Positions 12,301-25,179 of a stretch of 64,000 nucleotides of DNA are shown one piece after another. The position numbers and the translations under genes were made by a program. Below the pieces are notes generated by a model that was not told the DNA's origin, did no database searches, and saw nothing but the letters and a program-made list of their open reading frames with translations. Origin of the DNA: Raillietiella orientalis. Its lineage: Eukaryota. The first letter of the stretch is position 1. Every line of letters begins with the position of its first letter. The stretch is taken from the NCBI GenBank assembly GCA_036172245.1, contig JAYWIR010000002.1, positions 2,418,001 through 2,482,000 of the forward strand, written 5' to 3'.

Positions 12301-15300
12301 TTCCTGCTTGGCGCGCCGTGGCAGCTGCAGCGCCTTCGGTCGACGGTGGCTGGAGCTCCCTATCGGGAGAACGCGCAAACGGTCCTCCAGCTGCCTGCTC
12401 ATCTGCCCAGAGGCTCTCAAGGAGCTACGCCTCAGCATGTGAAGCTGCTGGCATGATACTCATCATTTCCTTGAGGGAAAACTCCCTCTCCCCCTCCCTC
12501 GCGTACGTAGGGAACCGGGGTCGGGCTGCAAGGGTCGACTGAAGGCACACGGACGGCAGCGGGTTGGTGTGGCCGGGGGGAAAAAGACGCGCTGAGCAGC
12601 GAGATGCTTGCGCGATCCCATGGAAACCATACCCGATTTTCCAGCTGACTCATCGTTCGAAAGACTCAGATAAAGTTTTCAACTAGCAATAATCGCACCT
12701 CAGTCGCCTTCCTCGGCTACGATATTGCCTGTGCGCAAGGCGATGAAAACCAGCAGATGAAAGACAGCGCCGTCCACCCATCCTTCTATCGTGCTAGCCA
12801 CAAACTGTGGGAGCATCATCCCTGGCGAAAGACTGTAATAGGTGACAGTAAAGTCGAAGCTCCTTTCCTTTTCCCTTCCTCCTCATCCTCTTCTCTTCCT
12901 CCCTTTCTCCTCCTCCTGCACGCGTCGTTCTGATTCTGCCCCTACCTCACCCCGAGGAGAGACGGGGAATGGGACCGCGGACACGAAACGGAGATGGGCA
13001 GGAGTTTCTTCAAGGTGCTCACGGCCCAACTAATCGGATCCTGTCCGCGAACACTTTCCTTCCCTCCTTGTCCTCGAAAATTCTTTGGTGGACCGTCGGA
13101 CGAGTTTGTAGGAAGTTCTTCCTGGGATAGCTGTTCCTGTGCTCCCTCAGGCTTTCGGGGAAAAGGCGTGGGGAGTGAAAGGGAGGGGAAGGGGTCGGCA
13201 ATCGTATCCAAGCTGCTTCCAGACCTGAAAAACTCTCCTGTGATCCTTTTCCTGGAAAAGTCGTCCCCATAGCGACCATCGGCGTGGTCCCTTTTTCGGT
13301 TGCATGAGAAAAGAGTGGGGAACTGCTCTACCATTGCCCGAGGACGTTTTACATTTTGTCGATTGCATTCATGTTAAAAAGGGAATACAAGCAAGCGAAG
13401 GAAGCCACTTGGTCAAAGGAAGGAAGGCCGTTCCGCATCATCTTCTCCTCTTCTCTTCCTTCCTTTTTTTCTCTTTTTGCCTTCTTTTAGGCAAAGGCGC
13501 CGTTCTTAAAGCAGTACCGGAGTCAATGAAGACGGGGACACAATGGGTGAAGGAAGGGTTGCAGGATTGAAACACCCATCGGAACGCGACGAGGCGGCAG
13601 TGGTGCTGGCGGTGGTGAATTGTTCCACCCGGGCACGCCGGGGCATTCATTCCACAAGAAGAAACCAGTTGGGAACCAGGGCGTTCCCAACCGAAGTCAG
13701 AAGAAGGAGGTCCAGGGAGAGGGTCCACCGACATGCAGGTCGTGATATCTGAAAGTCCGGAACGGGAGGGAGGAAATGGGGCAAGGGTCTTTGGGTTGGC
13801 TCCCTATACACCGGGATGAATATATAAAAACCAAGAAAGGTGCGGAGCGAAAGGAAGTGGGAAATGAAAAAAAATAAATAAATAAATAAAGGGAGGCCGA
13901 GGACAAGGGTCACCGGTGTCCGCCGTTCCTTCACCTCAAAACAGGCACTGGATGCTGGAGATCTCCGCCTTGACTTCCTCTCGCAGGTGAGGCCACCTGG
14001 CATCCGTCCTCGTAGGGGCCGCTGCCATCCTGACCTCCTTTCGCAGTGTGGTAGTGGTGGTGAAGTCGTCGGCTGCTGCGTGAGGGAGCTGCCCTCGCCT
14101 TATAGCGGTTCTTCTGCCGAGTGCCATCCTGCAGCTTCCCGGAACCTATCAGCAGCACCATTCGCCGGCGAGGGAAGCGGCTCATGGGAGCGCCACCACG
14201 CTGCGCAGCTCGGCTGTTAGTTCGAGCTCCCAGGCCATACCTAAGTCTACTTCTTGGCGACAATCAGTTCCCCGTCAAGGGGGGCGCTTCTGCTCCGTCG
14301 GCGCGTAGGCCAGTCGTCCACTGGCGTTCGTGTTTCTCACCAAGAAGCAGTCGGGCTTCGGAAGATCTTCCTCTTTGAGCTCAGGGTGCCCTGCTCGCGA
14401 GAGAGGGGAGTCCGCAGTTCCACGCTCTTCAGCAATCGCGGCCCAAGAGCCATCAAAGGGCAGCTAGGCCTTCCTTGGAGCACACCTCTTGCGCTGATAA
14501 CGAAGGGTCTCTCCCTGTGTTGCTCATGGCAGAGTCCACTGACCTGCTGCATCTGTGGAGGTTTCATACATCCGTGAGAAAATCCTCAAGGAGGGTAACA
14601 CGATGGTGCCTCTGACTGCCAGCGAACTCTGGATGCAGCCGAGTAGGGTCACGGCACTTCGCGGTGGGCTGGAGTGTGCGGCTTCCAAGTCACTCCGTGA
14701 GGGGGCGCTTGCCTATTCAGGATGGGGGGGACGGTGGAGTGGCTGCGAATGAAAAAAAGGACCATGAGTTTGGACAGCGCGACAACTGGAAGCGCCACCA
14801 AACAACGCTCCTCAGCGAAGGAACCTCTCTTCCGCTCACCTCTGGAACTAGCTCGAAGAAGTTGGTTAGAGAAATTGAGGTCATGCGTGAGGGAGTCTCC
14901 AGATGGAAATTCCGTACGGTGGAGAAGGCTACTGCTGCTGGAATCTCCGGGTTTCAATTTTTTTTTTAGAAAATCAAAATGAAGAGCGGAAGAGATCGCT
15001 CGAGATTTCACGGAGATGATTGCTAATTATAACTCTCCTTTCCTCCTTCGAAGTAACACGTCCAAGGAAAAGAAAACTGCGGATTGGATGGGATCCAGGG
15101 CCGCGTGTTCCGAAGATGGGCCTTCTAGACCGGTGCGACGGTGGTGAGCTCTCTCCAGCGCCCCCGCGAGCAAATGGCCTTTCGTTTGAGGTAGCCGGGC
15201 GGATCTGATGAAACGAGGAGTTCGCCCGCCAGGATGCCACTCCGGTCAGCTTCCACAACGCTGAGCTCTTGGATCGGCCAGCGAAGGTGTCGGATGAATC

Positions 15301-15504
15301 CAGCCTACTGGACTGGCCGGATCCAGTTTGCTGACGCGAGTGAATGAAGTGGATGAATTTATTCGTTTCAGAAGCATGCTCCAGAGGGATGCGACCAAAG
15401 ACTCAGGGACTCTCCACCATCTTCATCTCCGCTTGCCTTTTGTCTCCCTCTCGAGGCCGAGTTCTCACGGGGAATTCTTTACCTCCGCTGGTGACCCGAC
15501 CTAT

Positions 15505-15945
15505 GTGTCCGCGTTGTCGGTGGTCTCCGCGCGCGTGGTATCAAGCGTTGTGGGTTCGAATCCCTATGTGAAAGATTGACACCGAAAACAGGGGGTGCGT
15601 CGTGGATTTCAAGTCCCCCCACCCCTACCTTCCGCAAGATAACGTTGGTTGGCCTACGTACGGGACTGAGTCCAGGTGGAGCGCCGGTGGAAGCAGCCGG
15701 AAACCGGATGACCCCGTTGACTGACCGGGATTGGAAGTTGACCTTCCGGGGTCCTTCCAGGAATCAAGGAGCCCTTAGGAACTCCCCTCCGGTTGTTTAA
15801 ATGGAGTCGTACCAGGAAGCTGGTTGATGCTTCTCCAGAGTGTGAGAAGCGCGCTGCTCCCTTCGGAAAGGTGCCCTCCAGGGAAAACTCGGGAAGCGTC
15901 CCTCCGGGGTTCTATCCAGAGGAGGAAACGAGGAGAGGCTCCCTT
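15505..15945 (+). mobile_element. tRNA-derived SINE-like repeat, copy 2
   Basis: B-box gggttcgaatccc at ~15552; shared body motifs gcaagataacg, ccggaaaccgg, gtccttccaggaatcaaggagc, ccagggaaaactcgggaagcgtccc. Confidence 0.7.
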
Positions 15946-16194
15946 ACTTCGTCCCTTGCCGGATTCCATGGTCCTCGTCGTCCTGTGGCCACGGATGCTG
16001 GTGCCCTCCATTACCAGAGTGGCGGGCCGTCCTTCGCCTTGCCTTCCCTTGTGCTTCTAGAGAAGATTCAGGAAAGGTGGAGTCCATGTTGTCTCTTCCC
16101 TGACATCGCCGAGAATACGGGTGCGGCTTTGAATCTGTTCCGGGAATGGGTTGGCCTCCTCGATCCGGACGACCGGTTCGTCATGCCTCTCTTC

Positions 16195-16470
16195 CCGTTC
16201 TAATTGCAGTGGTTGACGGTGTGGCTCAGAAACTCTTCCCGTGCCACGCACCTCCCCGCAGACCATGCAGTCGACTCGGTCCCCGGGAGGCTTTCCTCGT
16301 GCAGACGATAAGTCGGGCGGACAAACCTGCGGGTGGGAAAGGCTTCCGTTTTCGCCACCGGACGGGGAAGGCGCTGACGCCCCACTCAGGAATTGACCTT
16401 CCCTCCGTCCGGGAGGGGCTTTAAGATGGAGAAAGCCATGATTCCGTGCGCTGCATCGCCCGCAGGCTGT
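16195..16470 (-). mobile_element. Decayed L1/Tx1-like ORF2 C-terminal (zf-RVT-like) fragment
   Basis: Minus-strand frames give YRLHEESLPGT / DCMVCGE / EEFLSHTVNHC, a frameshifted C-x2-C...H-x4-C knuckle; an ARNHG motif shared with the other LINE ends lies alongside. Confidence 0.5.
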
Positions 16471-16992
16471 AGGGTGATCCTCGTCTACATGGGCCTGCCT
16501 CGGGAGTTGCACTCGCGGTCGGGTCAATCTCGGAATTCCCTATGTTTGTGTGGCGTCCTCCGGAGCTGCCACAGGACTGGTCAGGATACGTACACCATGA
16601 CGACTCGGCTCTTGTCCTGGAGCAACCAGGTCTGGCTGGGGTTTCCCAGTCGGCTCCAGGCGTCGGTTGGTTGAGGTGGCCCACCGGCCGACTCCAGGGT
16701 TTTTGCTCAGTCCTTTCGACATAATCCGCATGTGACAACGGGATGGTGGTCTCTGGTGCGTTTCAGAGTGGAACTGTGAGCGCCGCCGAGTGGCAGCTCC
16801 GAGAAACGCCTTCCGACCTACGAAAGACCACTGGGCTCCGAAGTGCAGTGATCTGTCCTGGGTATCTGCCTTAGTTCCCGTCCCGCAACAGGTTTCCAGG
16901 CTCCGTTCTCAGGAGGCCATTCAGGAATGCACGTTGTGTATGGAGTCCTTGGGTCTGGGCTGGGGGTTTCCTGGCCGACGGATTGGGTGGGG

Positions 16993-17480
16993 TTTTTCAC
17001 CCGGATATGCCGGGGCATTTGTTATTAAAATTTTACAGATGAAATTTTAAAATAAAGTCCATAAGTTTTTTCAGGCAGAACACGTGGTTCTGCCTGTCTT
17101 TGAACACTTGCCGTTACCGGCCCGCAGGCCGGTGAGGTACTCTTTGCTGGCGAAAGGGGAGGGAAAGACACAAAAAACACAACCGAAAAAATTGGCAAAA
17201 ACAAAAGGGGGGGGCAATGTTTTCCGGGAAGGGGAAGGCAAAGAAGGGATCGCAGTTCTCCTCGAATGGTTCTCTGCATCCGGGTTTGGATGCGGACAAG
17301 TGCCTGTAGAATAGTCCGTAGCCAGAGACATCGGGAAGAAGATGGCTGCCCAGTAAAAGGCATCCTGGCTGTTGCGGCCTCTCATCGACGCAGTTCATTT
17401 GTCCAGGATTCCGCGTATGCAGCAGAGAACTGCTACACACGCAGCTGCTGGCAGAGCGTCCCGCATTAGGAGGCGACGGA
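16993..17480 (-). mobile_element. 5'-truncated L1/Tx1-like LINE 3' end
   Basis: Shares ggatgcagag..gatccctt, T-rich 3'UTR, stem-loop ttaccggcc-cgca-ggccggtga and terminal gccccggc..ccgggtgaaaaa with the 24.6, 26.0 and 39 kb copies. Confidence 0.65.
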
Positions 17481-17989
17481 AAATGTTCTTCGGGTCGCCA
17501 ACCGGAATGTTAAGGATCGACGATGGTCGGTTCCACATTGGGCGGAGGATCTCTAAATGTCCAAAGGGTCTCTAAGAAAGGGAGCCCTGGATCAAAGGAG
17601 GTAAATAAAGCCCTCAGAAGTTTCCGTGGGCTGGAAGCAATCTCCTGCAGGGGCTGTGCAGCGTACCTGCCTCTACGGAGGCAGGAGAAATCCAAATCGC
17701 TGGAGCCGTTGATCTTAGCCCACGCGGAAACTGACTCCTGAAGGCAGGTGACTACTTGAGCTCGCGGGGAGGCAGGAGATCCACGTTTTCTCCCTCACCA
17801 GGGCAACCAAGTCACGAAAGCCACAATGGTTCAGACTGCAGTCGTTTGCCACAAGGATCGATGTCAATCCATTGCAACCGGTGGCTCTACTGTCGAGGAC
17901 GCGTATAGGGACGCACCATGGGGGTGCGTGTAATTCTTCAGTGTAATTCTTCAGGATAGGGGGAATTCCGGGGGGAGGTCCGCCCTATG

Positions 17990-18175
17990 AATCTAGGAAG
18001 GTCTCGGAGTCCGTTTTTCTCACACTTGGGAGAAATCCCCTCGGAGGGGGGGATCGCACCTCCCATCCTGGTTGTCTCCGAAGGGGAACCCCGAAGGGGA
18101 TCTATTTCCTCATTCTCTCCGGAGGGACACCCCATGGGAGTGAGGGAGGGGTACCCCCAAGGTGGCGTCGATTTT
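17990..18175 (-). repeat. Tail-only fragment of the SINE-like family (~40-bp units)
   Basis: ctccgaaggggaaccccgaagggga and ctctccggagggacacccc units as at 19190-19400 and 40920-41170. Confidence 0.55.
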
Positions 18176-19104
18176 CCTGCAGCTGCTTCCCTCTGAGATG
18201 CGACGGGCACCTGAGACAGGAAGAAGGAGACCCGGCAAGCGGTTTTCGCTGCTTCTTCTCCTCACGGAATCTTTCGAGGGAGCATCCACTTCCTGGTGTC
18301 TCGCATCCCGGAGGTTCGTCTCTGCGCATCCCTGCCGCCCATCCAACGCAGAGACTTCTTGGGAACGATTGCAGCGGCAGCCGCTCGAGTTCGAGAATCT
18401 TTCATGCTCTCCCTTCGTGCATCTCACGGGTGCCTGGGGCTGGGAGCCCCCCAGGGTCCTTCAAAGCTCGCTCGCCGTTGCTTACCGTCGCTCCCGGTCC
18501 GGATCGTGCTCCTCTGCCCGCCGCTGTTGACCTCTGAACTTGTTGCTGCCTCTTTGCTCTCTCCCTGCTTGAAGCTGTGGCGGCAAGCGAAGGACCCTCC
18601 CTCCCCCAGCCCGGCACGTTCCCAAGGGAGGCAAGGGAGATCAGGGGATCCAGGGATGTTTCCGGGGTAAGATAGTTGGCTTCGGAGAGGCGACGACCTT
18701 GCTCTTGGCGATGCCCGTCCCGGTGGGGCTGCTGCAGCGCTATCGTCGCACACCCCGCGGAGAGCTGTGGCTGCACCTCCAGGGTGGGAGCCTGCCAGCC
18801 TCGAGAAGCTTCCGGTGCAGGAAGGACGGGCGAGAGATGTGCCAGAAAGGGCACCTCGAGTGTGTTCGCTTCGATGCCTCGGGAGAAGCGCCGGGGCTCC
18901 CCATGTCCGAAGGAAGGGGAAGGGAGAGGGAAGGGGGCACTTTTCGAGGGGAGCCCCTGCTGATGTCGGCAGTGGCTGAGCTGCGGACTTGCGGGCAGAA
19001 GAAAGGCAAAGCGTCCGGTGGAGATCGAAGTGGGATAGGGCGGGGAGACGGCGAAGCCCGCCGCCTCCCCATCGACTTTTCGTCCCACGCCACCCCAGAA
19101 TGCG

Positions 19105-19755
19105 CGTGACTCTTCTTCAAGTTATAGGAGATACCCCGGAAGGGATGCCACCCTAGGAATCCAGGAGCATTTTGAGGAAGGAGTCCGTTCCTCTTACGCT
19201 TGGGAGGGAACCCCGAAGGGAATCACCCCTTCCTTGTTCTCTCTGGAGGTGGTATACTCCCCGTCTCTTCTCCAGAGGGAACCCGGAAAGGATCCGCTCC
19301 TCGTTTCTTCCTCCTCTGGAGAGAACATCGAAGGGACGCTTCCCGATTTTTCCCTGGAGGGCACCTTTCCGAAGGGAGCAGCGCGCTTCTTGCACTCTCT
19401 GGAGAGGCATCAACCAGCTCCATGGTGCTGGACGGACGATCACCCTCGAGGGAGGAGAGACCCTCGAAGCACGACCGGAGGGGAACCTCAAGGTGCTCCT
19501 TGATGTCCTGGAAGGACGCTGGAGGATCGACTCCCAATCCTAGCGGCCGCTCGATGGGGCGTCCGGGGTTTCCGGCTACCTCCAGCAGCGCCGGAGCCTG
19601 TCGGTCAGCTGGCGTATCATCTTGCAAGGGAGCTGGGAATCCACGACGCGCCCATTTCTCTGGCTCCGATCTTTCGCGCCGGGCGGGATTCGAACCCGCA
19701 GAGCCGTGGTGCGTGTGCGCGCGGAGACCGCGGCTGCACGGTCGTCTGTGCGCGG
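19105..19755 (-). mobile_element. tRNA-derived SINE-like repeat, copy 3 (most complete)
   Basis: Minus strand gcgggttcgaatcccgcc B-box (~19682-19700); near-identical inverted copy of 8796-9335. Confidence 0.72.
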
Positions 19756-20299
19756 GTTGCGGAGGAAGGCGGGCGCGGCCCCTCCCCTAGTTGCCGACGC
19801 CGAACCGCAAGCCTCGTGTCCTAAGCCGTGATCTTCTCAGCGTGCTGACGCTTCGGATGGATGGATGGAGAATCCTTTGTAAGGAGTCCCGGACCGACCC
19901 CTCGTCGGGTCCGTGCTTCCTACCTTCCCTGGGCGGAGAGGTTGTTCCAGGCGCGCGGGAACGGCACTGTCGACGGTGGGTGGCGCCGAGCTGAAGTCCA
20001 GTGCCTATGAGCGAAGGAAAGAGGGGGGAGGCTGCAGGAGACCGTGGGTCTCGCTCTCTCTCTGCAGAAGGACGTGAGAGAGAGGATCCATCTTCCGGTG
20101 CACCATCGGTCTCTTCCGTCTTTATCCAGACGGAACCCCGGTGGACTCATACCGGTTGGAAGGAACCTCTCCATGCCATCCCCTCCCTCCTTCCCCAACC
20201 CTCTCTCCCCTTTTATGTCCCGCTCAAAATCCCTCCTGCTCTTCTTCTTCACCTTTCTACGCATCCTCTACTCTGCACGTAAATACGCCCTGGGACGTT

Positions 20300-21917
20300 T
20301 TATTGGTTCTGCGTGACGACCTTCATCAGATGTCGAAGGAAGCCCAGGTTAGTCTTGAAGAAGGTCTCGCATCCCATCTTCATGACGTGGGGGTCTCCGC
20401 TCAACCTCGGGGCGGATTCATCTCCCAGAAACGTGTTGCAGATGTCCCTACTCTCCATGATCATGGGCAGTATGGATTCCAGGGAATGGTAGTCGGCGAC
20501 GGGTCCCTCCTCGGGGTGGGGAGCGGGTAGGGCGAAGGCGTCCCTCGTCTCCTCGTGCCCGAGCAGGCCGGGGGAGTCGCCATCCCAGCGGTCTCCCGTC
20601 TCCCCGCCCCGGAGCTTCTGCCGGTCCCACATGTTCGTGAAGAGCGTGTAGTGCTCCGTGTGCTCGGCGTGCTTGTAGACGCCGAAGAGGATGAGGGCGA
20701 CTATTACGGCGACCAGCAGGAACATCAGGACGCGCCACGCCTTAAAGGAGGAGGAAGAGGGAGAGGGCAGCGGCTGTGCGCTCTTCTTCTTTGCCTCCGC
20801 TTCGGATCTCCCGGTGGTCGTCGCCCCCTCCGACCTGCCGAGGGGCAGGTGGAGTCCCGCAGCAGAGGCAGAGGCGGCGCTCGGTCTGTCCCTCTCCTGA
20901 GCATCGGCCAGCAGCGACGATCCCGACAGTCTGCCCATGACCTCAGAGAAGGAGGCAGACTGGTCCTCCCTGCAGCAGAGCTTGGACAGGAGGTCGGAGG
21001 AGGAAGGGATGCCCCGCGCGGAGGCCTCGTCTTGCAGACTCTCCGGAAGGGATGGCTGCGGAGTCGCCCTCAGCTTTTGGATCTCCTTCTTGAGGACCTG
21101 GTTCTCCTCCGAGTATTTCTTCTTAAGGTCCTTCAGCGTCTCCACCTGGAAGGGAGAAGAAATTCCCGTTTCCTTCTTCCCGGATTCGTTTTCCGGCATC
21201 TGGGGCTCGCTGCGGAATCGCTCCTCCTCCCCCTACCTCCTGCTCGCGCGCCTTCGAGAATTCCATGCTCCTCTGCAGGTTCTCCATCAGCTGCGTGTTC
21301 TCGCTCTCCATCTTCCTCACGCGCTTGCCTAGTATCTCCTTCTCTGTGCGGACCGCCTCGTAGTCAAGAAACCTTTCGCTCAGGTGGTTTGACTTGGCTT
21401 GCACGCTCTGGAAAATCTTCTTCGCGTCCTCCCTCTCCCTGCGGATCATTTCCAGGGTCCGGTCGATCTCCCGTTCCACCAAGTCCTCGGAGCGCTTCTT
21501 CCTCAGGGACTTTGCCTTCTTCTTGCGGTTCGCGTAGAGGGACGAGTGCTGAGGGGAGGAGCAGCAGCAGGATCGTGTGAAAGTCGACTGCCGGAGAGGA
21601 TGCGGGGAGGAAGAAGGGACGAGGAGGAGAAAGACGAAAGGAGGATGAAGAAAGGAGCGAAGAAAAGGGCCACCCGAGGTCTCACCCTCCGGGCGCTAGG
21701 GATGAAAGGGGGCAACAGGGAAAAGGAGGGAGAGAAACCCTCCTTCCGGACGCTCCTCTTCCTCCTTCTCCTGCTCCGGCGCGGAAGCCATCCGCCTCCC
21801 GCCGCGTCGGGTCGCGCCGCGCGCACTCACCGCGTACGACAGGTTCCTCGCGGCTACTGAGGCCAGAAACAAGGCCACTCCAGCGGTAGTCAGCGCGAGG
21901 TATTGGATCAGGTTCAT
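20300..21917 (-). CDS. Orphan gene: N-terminal signal/anchor, coiled coil, internal TM helix; exons 21917-21831, 21587-21237, 21145-20300 (further introns possible)
   Basis: MNLIQYLALTTAGVALFLASVAA leader then GTGAGT donor; GT-AG intron 21236-21146 joins KAREQE to VETLKDLKKKYSEENQ in phase 0; hydrophobic VLMFLLVAVIVALILFGVY; strong C/G at third codon positions. Confidence 0.7.
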
Positions 21918-24611
21918 GCGCGTAGGAGCGCTTCCTCCCGCGGGCGAGTCGGCTTTTCAAGGCCTGGCATCTTTGGCGGAACGTGGAGCTGCAGCGAATT
22001 TTCTGCGGGAAGGAAAAGGGGGAATGCACGAGGGGGGTGGGAGGAGGGGAGGTTTTTAGTCTCTGGGCAAAGGCCTGAACCGGAACTTTCGAAATTTTCT
22101 TCCTCTTCTTTCTCCTCTGAGCCTCTTTGGAAAAACAAAAATGAGCGGTTGCCGGGAGACCGTAGGACGCTCCGAAAGAGAGGCCAGAGGGCGCGGAAGG
22201 AAGCGCACCGCCCCGAAGGCGTCTGCCGGGTGGGGGAAAGAGAAACTGCATCCCGAAGCAGGGCAGGGTTCCAGCCTTTTCTTCTCACTCGTCTCCCGGA
22301 AGAGAGGGGAGAGAGGGTCTCCGCAGGGAGCTCCGCACGAGCGCGTGCCGGTGAGGAGAGAGAGGGCTGGACCACCACTAACCCTCTCGCTTTCCATTGG
22401 TTTGGTCCCTCCCCCCCCCTCTTCCTCCTCCCCAGACAGGAAAACAAAAAAAAAGGCGATCAGATCTTTCTTGGAGGATCCCGGAGGCGAGGAGGGCGAC
22501 GTCCTTCTTCTCTCACCCGGCAGACAGCCGGGGGCGGTCTCCGAGAGACCTGAGGCTACTCATGTGAAACCGCGAGCCTCTTCTTCCCACCCTCCACCAC
22601 CCCTTCGACCCCACTTTGGATCTTCTCGCCGTCGAAACCTCCCGCTCTCCCACCGCCAAGCATGCTGTTGCGCCGGGGCAATGCCGGGATGGGGAGAGGG
22701 GGAGGGGCGCCTTGATCTCCTCTCAGATAAGACCCGTGAGTCCTTGGAACGGACGGACAGCCGCGTTTGGGAAGGCGGCCTCTCTCCTCCCGGGAAGAGG
22801 GGTGGCAGGGATGAAAGGGGCGCTCAAGGCAAGTTGGTCTAGCAAGGCGGGTGCCGTCGGGGGAAAATGAGAGAAAGGGAGGAACGGATCCTTTCTTGCT
22901 CCCCCCGCATCCCCAAATCCCGTGACCCCCTGTCCTCCCTCCTCCTCCTCTTCCTCGCCCGTCCGTCTCCGGAGCAAAACCGATCCGCGACGCAAACGAG
23001 GAAGGAATGGACCCGGAGGGGAAAGGAGGGCTCCAAAGCCGGCGCTTCCCGGAACGAAGTGGGGTGGTGCAGTGGGATGGCTTCTCTTTACCCTTTTCTC
23101 CCCTCCCCACTGGAACTGCTGAAGGTTTCTCGCCACGCCCACTTTCCGGCCGGAGCGTTGGTGGCCACGGAAGCGGCCCGGGAGGGGAGGGTGGTGGGGG
23201 TTCGTTCGTAGGCGGCCGTCGGTCCCGGAAGAAGAGAGTCGGAAACTGCGGGACGCCTGCCTCTGACAACGAAGAGGGCGCTCCCTGGGAGGGGAAGGGG
23301 TGAGGGAGGCTCGTCCTCACCTTCACGCCTTGCCGTGATGCATGACCGAGGGGTGGCCACTCGGACCTTCCCCGTGCGACGGAGAAGGCGCGTGACCCCC
23401 TCTCCCTCCCCAGCTTCCGCTCGCTCCCAAATCCTGCCGTGTCCAGGCGCGTCCGAGAATCCTTCGCGAGCGTCCCTCTAGAGACGCGCTTCCGAAAGCC
23501 TCCAAGGCCCCCACTAAACATCCTTTTCTGGCTGAGCTCGGAAGGGTTCCGGGATGGAAAAGGGGTGGGGGTAGGGGGGAGGGAGGCAGAGAGAGAGAGA
23601 AGAGGGAAGAGAGAAGAAAAGATGTGCAAAGACCTTCCTGCCCGCTGCCCCTCCTTCGCCGCCCCCCGATCTCCGGATCCTCTCTCCCGTGACGACCCTC
23701 GCCCTGCGACGCCGTTTTCTCCGTTTGCCCGGCTCGAGTCCGTGCTGGCTGGCCCCTGAGGGCAGAGTGATCTCTCGAGAGGGTCCTTCTCTCCGGGGAA
23801 TGACGAGAGCAGACTCCACTTGCTGCTGCTCTGGAAAGATTAAAAAAAAAAGAAAAAAGGGCAAAAGGGGCGGGCTCCTCCTGGTCCTCTGGATGTGTCT
23901 CCTCTCCGCAACCAGCGAAGATCATCGTCCTTGAGAAACGGTTCTCTCTCCCTCCCTCCCTCCGCCGCCACCGTTTCTCCCTGGAAGGCGGCTCGTGGCG
24001 CACGCGCGCCTTATCTTTCCAGCTTATCGGCGCCTCCGCCGCCGCCGCCTATCCTTCCTTATCTGGCAGCGTCCATGGTCGAAGGCCCTCGTCCGCCACG
24101 CAAGCGAACCCAGAGGGCGGAGACGGTGTTGAGTCAGTGTGGGCCGGGAGAGCGAGGGGTGAGAGTGAAGGGGAGGGGGCGCTTTCCCGCGGCGGCAATC
24201 TCCTCCCCTCCCCCTTCCCCTGCCACGAGCTCTCGAGGCATGCGCGCCACATCTCGCGGGGCGCGCTTTCCTTTCTCCTGGGGGATCCCGTCTTCCTCCG
24301 CAACCGGCTCCCAGGGGCAGCTTGGCCGGGGATCCTCCGCCTTCTCCGCCGCCGCTGATGCTTATGGGAGTGCGGGGATTCCGTTTCGGTCGACCGGCTG
24401 ACGGAGTGTTTGCCACCTTATCGACGCAAGAAAGCCGACGGCCCCGACGCCCGCGCGTGAGAGGCGTCGTCCAGCGCGCGCCCCAAGCACTGGAAAAGGA
24501 TGGGGAGTAGAAAATTGAAACCAAGGAAGAAAGGAAAAAGGGAGAGACCGGAGGCTGGCGATTCGGGGGACGGCTGCTTCCTCCTCCAGTCGGCAAGACG
24601 GCGAACTCCCA

Positions 24612-25090
24612 ACAGATTTTTCACCTGGATTGGCCTGGGCATTTATCGTAAAAAAAATTATAATAAAAATCGTAAATATTACAAGTCGGTGGTTGAACAT
24701 TTGGTCCTACCATGCTCGAAAGACTTGCCACAAACCGGTACGCGGACCGCTGAGTTCCTCTCCAGCGGCGAAGAAGGAAGAAAAGCCACGAAAAACAAAC
24801 AAAGAAAAAAAAAGGGGGGGGGGGGACGGGGAATGTTTCTGGGAGGAAGGGAGGGTAGGGAAGGGGTCACTATTCTCCAGGAGACGTCCTCTGCATCCTG
24901 TTCAGGATGTTGACAAGTTCTGTGATGTTTTGTTGCAGTTGGGACCGTCGGGAAGCGGTCTTCAAGAAGATTCACGCCCAATGGATGACATCCCTGCCAT
25001 GTTGGCCTCTCCTTGCGTTCCAGGTTGCCATGATTCCGCGCACACAGCACTGCTAAAGATGCGGCTGGAGGCAGGGCATCATGCATGAAG
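24612..25090 (-). mobile_element. 5'-truncated L1/Tx1-like LINE 3' end
   Basis: LAVLCARNHG...HRTCQHPEQDAED parallels the 25.2 and 39.1 kb copies; ends ataaatgcccaggccaatccaggtgaaaaa. Confidence 0.62.
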
Positions 25091-25179
25091 AGGAACCGGA
25101 AAATGCTCTTGGGGGGTCGCCTGTCGAGATTTCAAGGATCAACGAGAGTCGATCCCAAGGAACTCAAAGGGCGACATAG

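Noticed and set aside
613..12650. Many long overlapping ORFs (e.g. 613..1473, 7633..8460, 11024..11911)
   Set aside because: R/G/P/S/A-rich, open in several frames and both strands, no recognisable motif; expected from high GC
14980..15130. RT N-terminal K..GLDGI motif
   Set aside because: Frameshifted and no downstream RT motifs recognised; possibly a LINE relic but unsupported
20555..21580. 341-aa plus-strand ORF (also 29085..30005 and 34931..35674)
   Set aside because: Antisense shadows of the real coiled-coil exons
21686..21695. 10-nt micro-exon (tag|cgcccggagg|gtgag) in the membrane coiled-coil gene
   Set aside because: Good-looking splice sites, but inclusion shifts the frame relative to the phase-0 flanking exons
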